Source: Synchiropus picturatus
Taxonomy: Eukaryota
Assembly (NCBI GenBank): GCA_044231675.1
Contig: CM094664.1
Location: 14,232,162 to 14,296,161 of the forward strand
Reading direction: 5' to 3'
DNA length: 64,000 bases
Under the pieces are notes generated by a model. The model was not told the DNA's origin. It ran no database searches and was given only the letters and a program-made list of their open reading frames with translations. Both the position numbers and the translations under genes were made by a program. Below, one piece after another: positions 51,001 to 61,526 of this stretch (its first letter is position 1; every line of letters starts with the position of its first letter).

Positions 51001-53365
51001 ATCGCTTCTTGAACGGCCGTCTGGAACGGATTGTGGTCGAGAGCCCTGGTACCACTGTAAATACAATTCCATTACTCGGATTTTTTGGCGATGGTAATGA
51101 AAAAACTAAAAGCTTCTATGGCATATTTAAAAAAAAAGGAAAATCGACAGTTAACTGATTTCAGAGACAAAAAGCCTGTCTCCAAGCATTTTCTTTCCAC
51201 AGTAAGAACAAAAGAACAGCAGATGGTGCTGTTTCATTCGTTACTCGGAGAAGCAACGCTGAGGCGCCGTGTTAGAAAGTTGAGGCTCAAAAATGTTGTC
51301 ATAAATGGCTTTAAGTGGATTTAATTGTGCAGATATTCGTTTATGAAACTGAAATGATAATGGTCACACAGTAGTCGACCAAACTGAAGATGAGATTGTA
51401 AAAATAGAAAGGCTGTAAAACGAGTAACAGTAAGAAAATAGAGCTTTTTTTTTGTGGAAAAAATACGATTAGAATAAGTTCAAGGGTCAATAACCATTAA
51501 AAATCATCTCAGTAAAAAAGTTGATAAAGAGCCTCACACACCTCAGCATGACCTCGCAAACAACCACAGAACCTTCTCTGACTCACGTTCTCACTCTCTA
51601 CATGTTGACAATCACGTTCATCAAACCACACAGATGTGACTATGAAACAACACTCTATCCGGATTTTAATCAAAACTGTCATGCACGACAGCCAGTGTTA
51701 GCTTTAGCGCTAGCTCTGCTAACGGTTAGCAAAGTTTACAAAACAATTTACTCAGCCACAACACTCAAACATTTAAAATTAAAGTAAAAATAGACTAAAG
51801 TGTTTAGTCAATTAATAAATATGCAGAAAGAAAAATAATGTCACTAATGTAGCTAAGCGCTAATAAGCAAGTCTGTTGTTTTTTTCCCTCCAAAACATGG
51901 AGTGAGTTAAATGACTAAAGAAGACTTTGCTTGATAGAACTGACTTTAAAGGAACCAAAAATCTAAATTTAGAAAAAGAACAGCAGGCTACACACTGAAC
52001 GCCATTTGGATTGTTGAAATATTGGGCTTACTTTCTCAATACTGGGTTGTCGAGGAGAAGCCGGAAGCCCCCCACCCAAGGTACTGACGCGATCAAGTGG
52101 AGCAACTAACTTCCAGCTCTGCTCAGGTCGTCTCTCTTGCTTCACCACTGAGTCTTTAAAAGTCTGAGCACGCAGAGCCGAGTCACATCAGAGACCTGAT
52201 CTGCGCTGAAGGTAAGAGACCGCTTGATATGAGCCACGTATAAAGACATTCTTCAGGTCGGAGAGAATGTTTTATTGAACACAATATTACACCGTGGAGT
52301 CATATATATAGTACAAATATGTGATCGCACAGGTTGTACTTCATGAACATGGAATTACTGAATAGTGAATTGTATACATTATGCAGACGTGATATTCAAT
52401 ATTGTAAATTACAGTTTCCAAAAACATGCTGTTATTATACTGTAATTATACTGTAAGAATGCATTTTGATGCCAAACATTCTAATGTATCATTAGTATCG
52501 CAGCTACGAGGGGTGGGACTCACCCTGGACATGACGTCACATGTAAATAGGGTCATTATATTGTAAAAACGGACAGTACGGATGAGTAAATCTCATTTCA
52601 CTTGGATGAAATATTTTGAGAACGCTGAAATCCGTGACGGGAATCACAGGGTCATAATGTTGTCAGTGATTGACAAACTGGACTCTGTATCATTGAGGAG
52701 TGACGGAAAAAAAACGTACTCGGTCTCGATGTAGAAATGTGAGCGTTGCCGTAATTGCGCGAACGTAGGTAGGAAGTGATGCAAATGTACCTTTTGCTGC
52801 TGTGTAACAGGAAGTGAGGTCACACGTGTGAAGCCTCTGCAAGGAAGTGTGACCAAACTTTGGAAATTTCCTGTGAGAATACTGAATGTTGACATTTTGA
52901 GTCCAGTCAGAGTGGAGATGTTTCTATAGGTCAACTTGTTTTTGTTGGTAAACCACAAACAAAAGTAGCATTCCCGCAATCAACTTTGATTCGTCAACTA
53001 CACTTACTAACTAGGAAGAACAATAAAAAAATGTATCTCCATAGATCAGAAAAAATACAATTTAACGTGTTTTTAATTAAATTTTTTATTTTTTTTGGTT
53101 ACATTTTTCATCTAGAGAACTGTTTTTAAAATAATATTGTATTTACTTTTTTTTGCCTGAGATTTTAATTCAAATCTGTACCAGCGAAAAGTTTTCTTTA
53201 TTTATATTTATTTTTCATCCAACTGCATCAACGCCATCTTTCTTCAAAATACACCAAAGTAAAGTACAAAGTTGTGTTTTAACAGTTTGTACCAGTAACC
53301 CAGGGTGGGTTGAGCTTATCTCATGAATACTGTCAGTCACAGCTGAACCTCTGCCCTGCTTCAGT

Positions 53366-54807
53366 ATGTCTGGGGACTCGACTGTCGAGAGTTTTCCGTC
53401 ACCAGATGTGACACCACCTCCGTATGAAACCCCACCATCGCCGCCGCCTACGTACACCGAAGCAGTAGATCCCCTCCCTGTGGCCGAGGGTGAGAGCGAT
53501 GGATTCTGCGTGGATCCGCCTCCAGGAGAAGACCAGTGTCTCCCCGACGACAAACCCAATGCTTCAGAAGCACCGCTGGCGGAGACGCCATCCGCGTTCG
53601 ACGACAAGACAGTGAGACGGGCGTTCATCAGAAAGGTGTGCGACCTCTGCGGGACGGTGTCAGCTCCGCCCAGATGTTGTCATGTGACAGCCTCTCCCGT
53701 CTCCTCTCAGGTCTTCAGCATCCTGACGCTGCAGCTGCTCTTCACCTTCAGCATGGTGTGTCTGTTCACCTACTCCACCGTGGTCAAGAAGGCGATCCAG
53801 TCCAGCATCTGGATCTACCTTAGCTCCTTCTTCGTCTTCGCCTTTGTCGCCATCTCCCTCTCCTGCTGCAAGTCGCTGAGTCGGCGACACCCGTGGAACA
53901 TCCTGGGCCTGGTGGGTCTCGCATCAAACTTCTTCTCCAAACGTTTTCATGTCCTCCATTCCATTCATTTTCAGATTCACCACTATAATTTCATCAACTC
54001 ATTAAAAATTTGCCTGGTTTTCACATTTCCTGAATCTGAACTTGTGTTTCCAGGCTGTGGTCACAGTGAGTCTGTCCTTCATGGTGGGAACCGTCGCCTC
54101 CTACCACGACACGCTCGCCGTCGTGATCACCATGGCAGTGACTCTGGCCATCTCCCTGGCCATCATCATTTTCTCAGTGCAGGTCAGAGGTCACCATGTT
54201 TCACCAGCTTGTTTCAGTCTATAACACTTCTGATCTCTCCAGACCCGCTTCGACTTCAGCTGCTGCTACGGTCTGGGGCTGATTCTGCTGGTGGATCTCT
54301 TCATGTTCGGAGTCTTCTCCTCCTTCTACTACAACCACATGGCCGACATCGCCTACGGCTGTCTGGGCGCGCTTCTCTACGCGATGGTATGTCCACAGTC
54401 TGTCATGTTTGAAGGGTCAGCAGCAGATTTAACCTTGTGAGGGCAGGAAAAATACCCGACAGAGCCGAGAACTAATCTGGATCCGAAGTGGATCTAAAAG
54501 GAGTTGATATTTGGGGGAACAAATCAGCGCATTAAGTCGAGAAGGGAAAGAACGAGTCAAGATTCAGCGACCGGAAACTTAAGAGAGCAGTCGAGAATCA
54601 GAAAGAGTCGTGATAATGATTCATGAAGCCTAAAAAAGAGATGGATGGTGAAAAATTAAACACTTTTTGTTGCTCTTCCAGTTCCTGGCCGGCGACTGCG
54701 CCGTGATAATGACGGGCGACATGGATCCGGAGGATTACATCACTGCCGCGCTCAAGATTTACTTGGACATCGTCCTCATCTTCCTCTTCCTGTTGGGAAG
54801 GAGGTGA
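53366..54807 (+). CDS. tmbim1: TMBIM/Lifeguard-family 7-TM protein (tmbim1-like); 5 coding exons: 53366-53635, 53711-53911, 54054-54182, 54243-54386, 54682-54807
   Basis: The exons carry family signatures: ..FDDKTVRRAFIRK|VFSILTLQLLFTF..RRHPWNILGL|AVVTVSLSFMVGTVASYHDTLAVVITMAVT..|TRFDFSSCYGLGL..|FLAGD..DPEDYITAALKIYLDIVLIFLFLLGRR*. These compare with TMBIM1 WDDRKVRHTFIRKVY, RRFPWNI, QTKVDFTSC and ISPEDYITGALQIYTDII. Every junction is a canonical GT..AG with phases 0/0/0/0. The N-terminus has PPPY and PPTY motifs, as in TMBIM1 (SAPPPYEDRN). Assignment to a particular paralog among TMBIM1/FAIM2/GRINA is tentative. Confidence 0.8.
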
Positions 54808-55805
54808 AACTGCGACGGACGCTTGAACCACGTGAGCACTGCTGGAGACGTTAAGCTTGTCTGTGATCACCTCATCTGTGAAACTTGTTTCGTGAGTCAT
54901 TGCGGTACAGACTCTTTTGTGACAAACAAACAATTGTCTGTCTTATTTTGGCACAAGAATAAATAAAAATGTTGAAGGACGACGGCCTATTTTCATGTAG
55001 ACATTTTGTCATGATGATGATCCGTTTACAGTGACCGCGGCGACTCGGCTGCAATCTAGTTGTGAATCAGAACCCCAGCCCCAGAACTACAAGACACATG
55101 ACTCAGCAACTAAATGGGGGTCGATAACAGAATGAGATCCGGAGCATGATTGTCACGATTCAGATGATGAACTGGTGTGGACAGGTTCAGATTGAGAGTC
55201 AAAGTTCAGAAGAAGAAGTGATTCGAACGAACTGAGGCTCAGAGAACTTGTCACAATTCAAATAAATGTTGAATCAGACAAACAACAGAGTTAGAAAATA
55301 ATTTCAGGATCAAAACCTGAGATTCAGAAAACAATTGAAGCAAAGTGAAGCAAAATGAGTTTTGAAATAGAGTCAAGGAACATAAAAAAAACTTTAAACT
55401 CAAGACTCGGAAAATGAGTTTCAAGTTACAAATGAAAAATGTGCCAGGAATTTAAGAGTTCAGAAAATGAAAACTCAAAAATTGGATTGAGAGTGAGTCA
55501 AAGAAAACATTTTTTTTGTTTGTGGCAGTTGTTGAATATACAAAGCTGTGAAACACAAAAAAATGAAAGTTTGAAGGAGAAATAACGGACAGAATAAATA
55601 GAGGGAAAAAAACAAGAAAGATTTGTACAAAACATTTATTGATGGTTTGGAACACACCTGTTTCCTGTCCTTGAACAACTGTCATCACTTCCTGTCTACG
55701 TTCTGACTACAAGTATTTAAGGAAGCATGTTTCCCCTCAAAGATCCATAAAAGACAGTGAAGAGTGCCACACAGTGTCTATACCTGGAGGCGTGGAGTGA
55801 TGACA

Positions 55806-55965
55806 TCACCAGAGTGACGAGTAGTTGAACTGGATCCTCAGCAGGTACCGCATGCGGACCTGTGCCGGGTTGTAGACGATGAACTCATTGTAAAGGAGGG
55901 AGTAGCCGGTGCTCCGGGTCGAACCGGTCTTCACACCCGGACCCATCGGAACCGTCACACCGTCG
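55806..55965 (-). CDS. parp2: parp2 terminal exon (L)[52 protein letters not shown]
   Basis: The TGA stop is at 55806-55808 on the minus strand. A poly(A) signal (AATAAA on the minus strand) lies at ~55635-55640. Confidence 0.9.
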
Positions 55966-58900
55966 CTGAGGAGGAGCAAGTGACTGCACTTAATGTCTTC
56001 ATTTTCATATGGAAAAATATATTTCCGCAGACTCCAGATCAGTGACTTACAGGGTGACGGCGTTGGCAGGGTCCGGTCCAGTTTGACCCACTCCTTTGGT
56101 GCTGTGTTTTCCCTCAGGAAGTTTGTTGGCCTCGTAGTTGGCATCCAGCAACTCATTAGCGTCGCCCAGAGCCACCTGGACACACACACAGGTGAGACAG
56201 GGTCCCCAGCATCGGCAGCTCCGTCGCTATCAGAACTGACCTCACACAGAAGCAGCAGCCCAATCTTCCCGCTGCTGTTAGCGAAACAGTAGTTGGCGCT
56301 CTTGGACGACATGTCGGCAAAATAGATCCCTTTGCCAAACTGAAAAACGAGCACATGGATGGATGAATGGATGTACAACGCTCTGGTCCCATGAAGAACT
56401 GATGACATGCTCATAACTAATGAATGGGTGATTAACAATGGATTTATCATGTGTGATGAAGGGATGGATAATTTCAAAATAAATACACAAATACTAGAAA
56501 AAGAATAAGTAAACAACAAAAGTGAATGATGATGTAGCCAGCAGATGAATACATTAAAAATGATGGGGCTTCAGCCTGCACAAATAGGAAAAATACTACA
56601 CAGCGCACCGGAATATGAGCCACACCCATGAAATTTTAGAAGGAAAATATATCTTTTTCGTACATAAGCGGCGGGCGCACTGGTGCTGACTGTGCCGCAG
56701 AAAATGCATGAGAGTCACTTCTAGTGATCCACTAGTTTTAGGTTTGAAAACAGCGTCCAGCATCGAGACTGAGTCATGAAACACTCTTGGCAATGTTCTG
56801 AACCTGAATCATGAACTTCTCACATCTTATTTACATTTGAAAAGTTCAAAATGCGCTGTTCTCACCCTCCATAGATTCTCTGTTGGCAGAGCTGCGGACA
56901 CGCAGTCGTAAACAGTGCAATTTTAGCGCTTTAAAGGTAAATAAAATGCCTGTGATGTCATCGTTTTGATGAGACGAAACTCAATATTTTTGCAAGCATG
57001 ACGCTCGTTACACTGTAAAAATAAGGGACGCGCCGAGAGACAGGAAGCAGCGGTCTTCAACCTCTTTTGTGAAAGTTCCCACTCTAGTTTGCAAAAGTTT
57101 CAGGTGCTTCATCAGAGTGATGGCTGTCACATGTGATCGGATTTTGTGATCGGCAATGACAGGCAGTGATCATCCTTCACCGATCACGCCGAGATCAGCC
57201 TTTCATAATCGGTGGCCGATCAATTGGAGCATCCTTAGTATAAATCCATATATTAGCCGTGTCATCGTATAAGCCGCAGGATTCAGACCACGAGAAAAAA
57301 GTCCAGTATATGGCATATAATGGATGAATTAATTAACAAAAAAAAACCTTAAACATGAATGGATGAATGATGGTTTGATCATGGTTAGATGAAAGCGCTG
57401 GATGAATGGCTGAATTGCGAAGCCACTGAGAGAACCTTTTAGCCCAAATGAAAGGGTGAAGATGTTCCTACCATGTAGCCAGTGACTGGAGCCTCAGGTG
57501 GTGCCACTCTGAGTCCCTGGCTGAGGATTCCGACCCAGTTGGACATGCGGGACCCGTGCCACAACAGAGCTCTGGACCAGAACCAGAACAAACTTTCAAC
57601 AAAAGTCAAAATGTTTGGGGCCAGGCGAACTGAGACGTCACCTGTTGTGAATGTCAGACAGGAAGCTGCCACGCTCTCCATCGCGGTCCACCGAGAAAAT
57701 GTCCAGAATCGTCATGGTGTAGTCCGAGTGGGTCGGAGCGTGAGTGGACTGAAGGTACCGCTCCAGTACCTTCACAAAACAGTTTGTGTTAAGTTAGTTC
57801 AGTGAGTTTGGATTCACTGAGTTTCATTCCTGAATAATTCCACTTCTATGAAGTGACTGAATTTCAAAGATGAATGAGTGAATGAGCCAGGAATGGACAA
57901 TAAAGATGATTACTAATGGGTGAATGCATGATGGCTAAAAAATGATGAGATGAATAACGAGTGGAGGGATATAATTTAAAGATGAGAGGATGAATAATGA
58001 CTGAGCTGGAAATTGTGTGGTGAAAGGAGGAGTAAAAAAATGATGAGAGGATGTATAAACAATGATGGTATGTAGGGTAAATGAGGGTTAATGATGAATA
58101 ATAAAATGAATGAATAGATGGCTGGCTGAATGAATGTGAGATGATGACTAGCTAAGGATTCAAAGAATGAATGGGTGAACATTTTGAAAGGAGACTTAGG
58201 AAGAAGGTTGAATTAATATAAATTATTGGTCCGTCAATAAATGAATATTTGTTAGATTGTGTATGAATGGATGATGAACTGATGAATGAATGCGTGAAAG
58301 AACAAATGAAGAGAAGACAGGAGAGTGTGGGGGAGTGGGCCAGAACCTGGTACTCGTGGCTGCTGGAATCCAGTGGGTCCAGTTGACAGCGGAGCGCTCG
58401 GTACTGTCGGTCCAGAGGATGTTCGTCGTCGTCTTTGCCGGACTGGACCATCTTCACCGCGATCTGGATGTCGCTCAGCGCCTGACGGACAGTTTCAACA
58501 GGAGATTTAGAACCAACGGAACCATCATCTGACGCAGGAACGTCTCAGAGAGCAACATTATCATTGTCTAACCTCAAGCAGAGAGATTTTCTCCTTCAGC
58601 TCGTCTTCAGTGCGAATCAGCGGAGGAGTCTTCAAGCTGCAGACACAGAATCACCACATGACCAGGAGACCACAGCTCTTCTTTCATACTTCATTCTGTC
58701 TCTTCCTTCAACCATCCATTCTCCTCCTTTTCCAGCCTCATCTCTTTTCCTCCTCTCCTCCTCAAATACACTTTCAATTAAGGTTCTGACCCGAAGTCAT
58801 GAGGGATGCGGGTGTAGAACTGGTTGCAGGCCTCCAGCAGCTCTTTGTTGCTGCCCTTCTTCTTCAGACAGGACTCGATCCTCTGCAGCGCCGTGTAGCC

Positions 58901-60923
58901 AGCGCGGATCTGCTCTGTCGTCAGCTTGCCTGCAGGAGGGGGCCGGAGGAAGTTAGCTCAGCGAAACAACGGACGAGGGGGAGGAAGGTTCTGACCAAGA
59001 GGAGCTTTGCGGGTGTCGAACTTCATCTCCAGCACACACTCCTCCATTGCCTTCAGGTCACAGATGAGCTCCAGCAGAGAGCGGACCTTCTCATGCAGCG
59101 TTGACTCTCTTTTGGTGACTGGGCTGTCCACCTGGCTCTCCTCCTGAAACAGGCAGAGGCAGCGACTTTACTTTTCCTCTTTCACTTTATCATCTCTACC
59201 TTTTTCTATTTTGTATCTTACCTCGCCCTCACCTCCTCTGCCTCTTGTCCTTCTTCACTCATCTACCTATCCTTCCCGCCAGTCCCTCACACTCTCCCTC
59301 TTTCCTCCGCCCCTTGTCCTCTCTCTCTCTACACTGGTCCCTCCACCTTCTAAAGATCAGCTCACCTTCTCAGGAGCGCTGTAGTCCATCTGCACCATGT
59401 CGTACTTTCCAGCCACCTTCTCAAACTGGGCCCTGTGGTCCCACTCGTTCTTGGTCTTGTCCAGGAACCTGCATCACCAACAATTTATTTGAATCATATT
59501 AAAACACGACACAAACACAAACTAACTTTTTCTTGAAGAGGTCTTTGGCCTTCATCAGATCGCCACCGCACAACGTCAGACTGTTCTGACCCACTTTGCC
59601 CACTGAAGAGAGGAAAATGAGCTTCATTTTCATGGAGACAAAGACGACAGGATCTCTGGGCTCACCTCTGCCCCACCTCATCCACACACTGTAGAGCTTG
59701 GAGCTGTCATCCTTCAGGAGCTGAATCAAGTAATATTTGTTGTTGTTGAATTGAAGGTTCGTCTGAGAGAAACAAGATGCTCTTTAGTTTCTATCCATCC
59801 ATCCTCTATTTGTCTGAGGTCAGGTCGTGGAGGGAGCTGCTCATGTACAAAGGTCCATCGCATGGTTTATATGTATGTGTTCACAACATCACACACTACG
59901 TTCTGTCAGTTACCTGGTTCAACATCACATCGTAAACATCGCTGCCTTCGCTGTAGACATGAGCCTGATGAGGAAAAACAGAAACAACAATCCTCTATTT
60001 TGTCCGACACACAACAAACAAGTTATCATTGATGTGCTCCACAAGAAGAGACTTCATTCCACAGTTAACAGGCCACTTCACCTTTCCGACTTTGGCTTTA
60101 CACTCTGGGTCCACCGGAGCTTTTCCCTTCATCACCACCGTCCTCACCACCTCTGAGAACACAACAACTTGAGCTGGATATTCTATTTAAACATGAACAT
60201 AAACGTGATGAAGACTCACCTTCTGCTTTTATTTCCTCTTTGGGTTGTTTGTCAGCTGTTGCTTGGCTCTTAGCTCTGCCTCGTTTCCTCTTGGCAGGCG
60301 GCTGATCTTCACTCTCCTCCTCTTCCTCTTTAATTGACGCGGCATTTTTAGTTATTTCTCCGCTGTCATCCACCGCGTTTTCTGAAAACAACACGAAAAT
60401 TGTAGCCCACCTGAGTCACAAAACTTGAAACAAAACACAGACCTGGTTTCACCACATGACAGCGAATCTTCCTCTTGTACTTGGTGACAGGGTTCGTCTG
60501 AATCATCTTCTTCAGGTCCACATCATAGACGGTCCCGGAGGGTGCGGTGAGAGACAGTGAGGTCTGTCCTGAGGCGACGGCGGCGTCCAGCAGGGAGCTG
60601 TCGGCTGAGGAGTAGGGTTCCCACTGGTCCTGGTCTCCCTGCCACTGCCACACTGCTGACAAGTCTCTATCGTTAACATTAAACCACTCTCGCAATATTT
60701 TTCTATGATTTACTAATATCTGCAGGCTCCTTATATTCGAGTGCATTTTGACTGTTTGGGGTATATTCCTGAATATGGCTCTCAACAGTGCATCGCAGCC
60801 TCCATGTCCGGACATGTCCAACCCTGTTCATGCGCACGCTCGACACTCACCGGTGGTTTTGGGAACGTCTTCTTCTTCTGTGGCATTATTGCGTTTACAC
60901 CTGGCGCTCCTGTTTCGCCTCAT
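55806..60923 (-). CDS. parp2: parp2, poly(ADP-ribose) polymerase 2 (gene-level CDS span; ~16 exons), with an extra N-terminal WWE-domain exon
   Basis: Minus-strand exons match human PARP2 nearly colinearly. The basic N-terminal region is ..[13 protein letters not shown]... The WGR domain is [16 protein letters not shown] | [17 protein letters not shown] | [32 protein letters not shown] | [27 protein letters not shown]. The regulatory domain is ..[21 protein letters not shown]... The catalytic domain is ..[21 protein letters not shown].. | [33 protein letters not shown] | [19 protein letters not shown].. | ..GKHSTKG.. | ..[28 protein letters not shown]... Human PARP2 ends ..[28 protein letters not shown]. 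Confidence 0.9.
56051..56175 (-). CDS. parp2: parp2 catalytic exon [41 protein letters not shown](L)
   Basis: The acceptor is gtgtgtccAG and the donor is GTAAGT. It contains the catalytic Glu of the ..LLxEVALG.. region. Confidence 0.85.
56241..56339 (-). CDS. parp2: parp2 catalytic exon [33 protein letters not shown]
   Basis: Identical in 17 of 19 residues to human [19 protein letters not shown]. The acceptor is tttttcAG and the donor is GTCAGT. Confidence 0.9.
57472..57571 (-). CDS. parp2: parp2 catalytic exon (R)[33 protein letters not shown]
   Basis: The PARP signature H-G-S is present. The donor is GTAGGA. Confidence 0.85.
57641..57768 (-). CDS. parp2: parp2 catalytic-domain exon ([42 protein letters not shown])
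   Basis: The acceptor is ttttgtgaAG and the donor is GTGACG. Nearly identical to human [42 protein letters not shown]. Confidence 0.85.
60220..60381 (-). CDS. parp2: parp2 basic/NLS exon ([54 protein letters not shown])
   Basis: A ~60-bp intron (GTCTGT..ttttcAG) separates it from the WWE exon. The donor is GTGAGT at 60219. Confidence 0.75.
60443..60655 (-). CDS. parp2: parp2 WWE-domain exon (..[70 protein letters not shown])
   Basis: It matches the WWE consensus W-x-W-..-W-x-P-Y-..-Y-x-[IV]-D-[FL]-x-x-M-x-Q-T-N-x-V-T-..-R-x-I-R (cf. RNF146 YEIDFRAMTQTNLVTGTQRPIRR). The exon is flanked by ..tcAG acceptor and GTCTGT donor. The phase-1 end plus 'aa' of the next exon gives GAA, continuing into [11 protein letters not shown]... 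Confidence 0.7.
60851..60923 (-). CDS. parp2: parp2 predicted coding exon 1 ([24 protein letters not shown] + 1 nt; donor GTGAGT)
   Basis: The basic Arg-rich start resembles human PARP2 (MAARRRRSTGG..). The phase-1 end joins in-frame to the WWE exon acceptor. An alternative is that translation starts at the in-frame Met at 60821 or 60746 within a longer first exon. The WWE domain remains in-frame under either model. Confidence 0.5.
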
Positions 60924-61526
60924 ATCGTGTAATGTAGGTTTAAATGCGAAGAAACGTAGAAGAGAAACTGGCTGCGAGAAGGTGGGCGGGAAACTTTCTA
61001 AAAGACTTCCGCGCCGGTGCAAAAGATCGTATAACAAGAAGAGGACTACTCGTTGCGTTTTTGACCCAATATTATTTTATGTTTATTAATTTGTTGTCAA
61101 AAGTACACAGTATCGAGGTGAAGGAAGAGCTGAGCTGAAAGATTTCGTTTCCACTCTGATCGGTTGTCGTCAGCTTTGTAGCGACAGAATGAACAAGAGC
61201 ACAGAAAAATGGAAAAATGTTCTCCGCACAGTTCGTAGAAATAGAGGCTCAATCATCCAGGAAAGACTATCAGTACAGAATTTATTTCCAATTATGTCCT
61301 TCTTCACAGACTCAGCACAAAACGTTTTAAAATAATACTGTGAACGGAAAGACAACCGAGTGAGCTATCGGTATATTTTACGATCGAGCGGAACATAACA
61401 TTGATGGTAAAGGTTCCGCCTGTGGAGTTGTCGGAATTATTTTGTTGAAGGAACCGTGACAGCAAATGTGCTCCGCTCTGGGATCCTCGTAGACCTTTTT
61501 AATTGATAGAGAAAGGAGTTTTTAAA
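60924..61526. promoter_or_regulatory. Divergent (bidirectional) promoter region between parp2 (minus) and mettl17 (plus)
   Basis: Roughly 600 bp separate the two start codons. An E2F-like GGCGGGAAA (TTTCCCGCC) site lies at ~60960-60970. A TTTAAA element lies at ~60948. Confidence 0.5.

Noticed and set aside
53536-53890. ORFs 53536..53823 (+) and 53660..53890 (-) overlapping the tmbim exons
   Set aside because: They are out-of-frame or antisense to the exons with clear TMBIM homology.
60924-61526. Expected RPPH1 (RNase P RNA) next to parp2, as in human
   Set aside because: No CR-I/CR-IV/CR-V-like motifs were found by eye. The region is instead the mettl17 promoter. Reported as an absence and not annotated.
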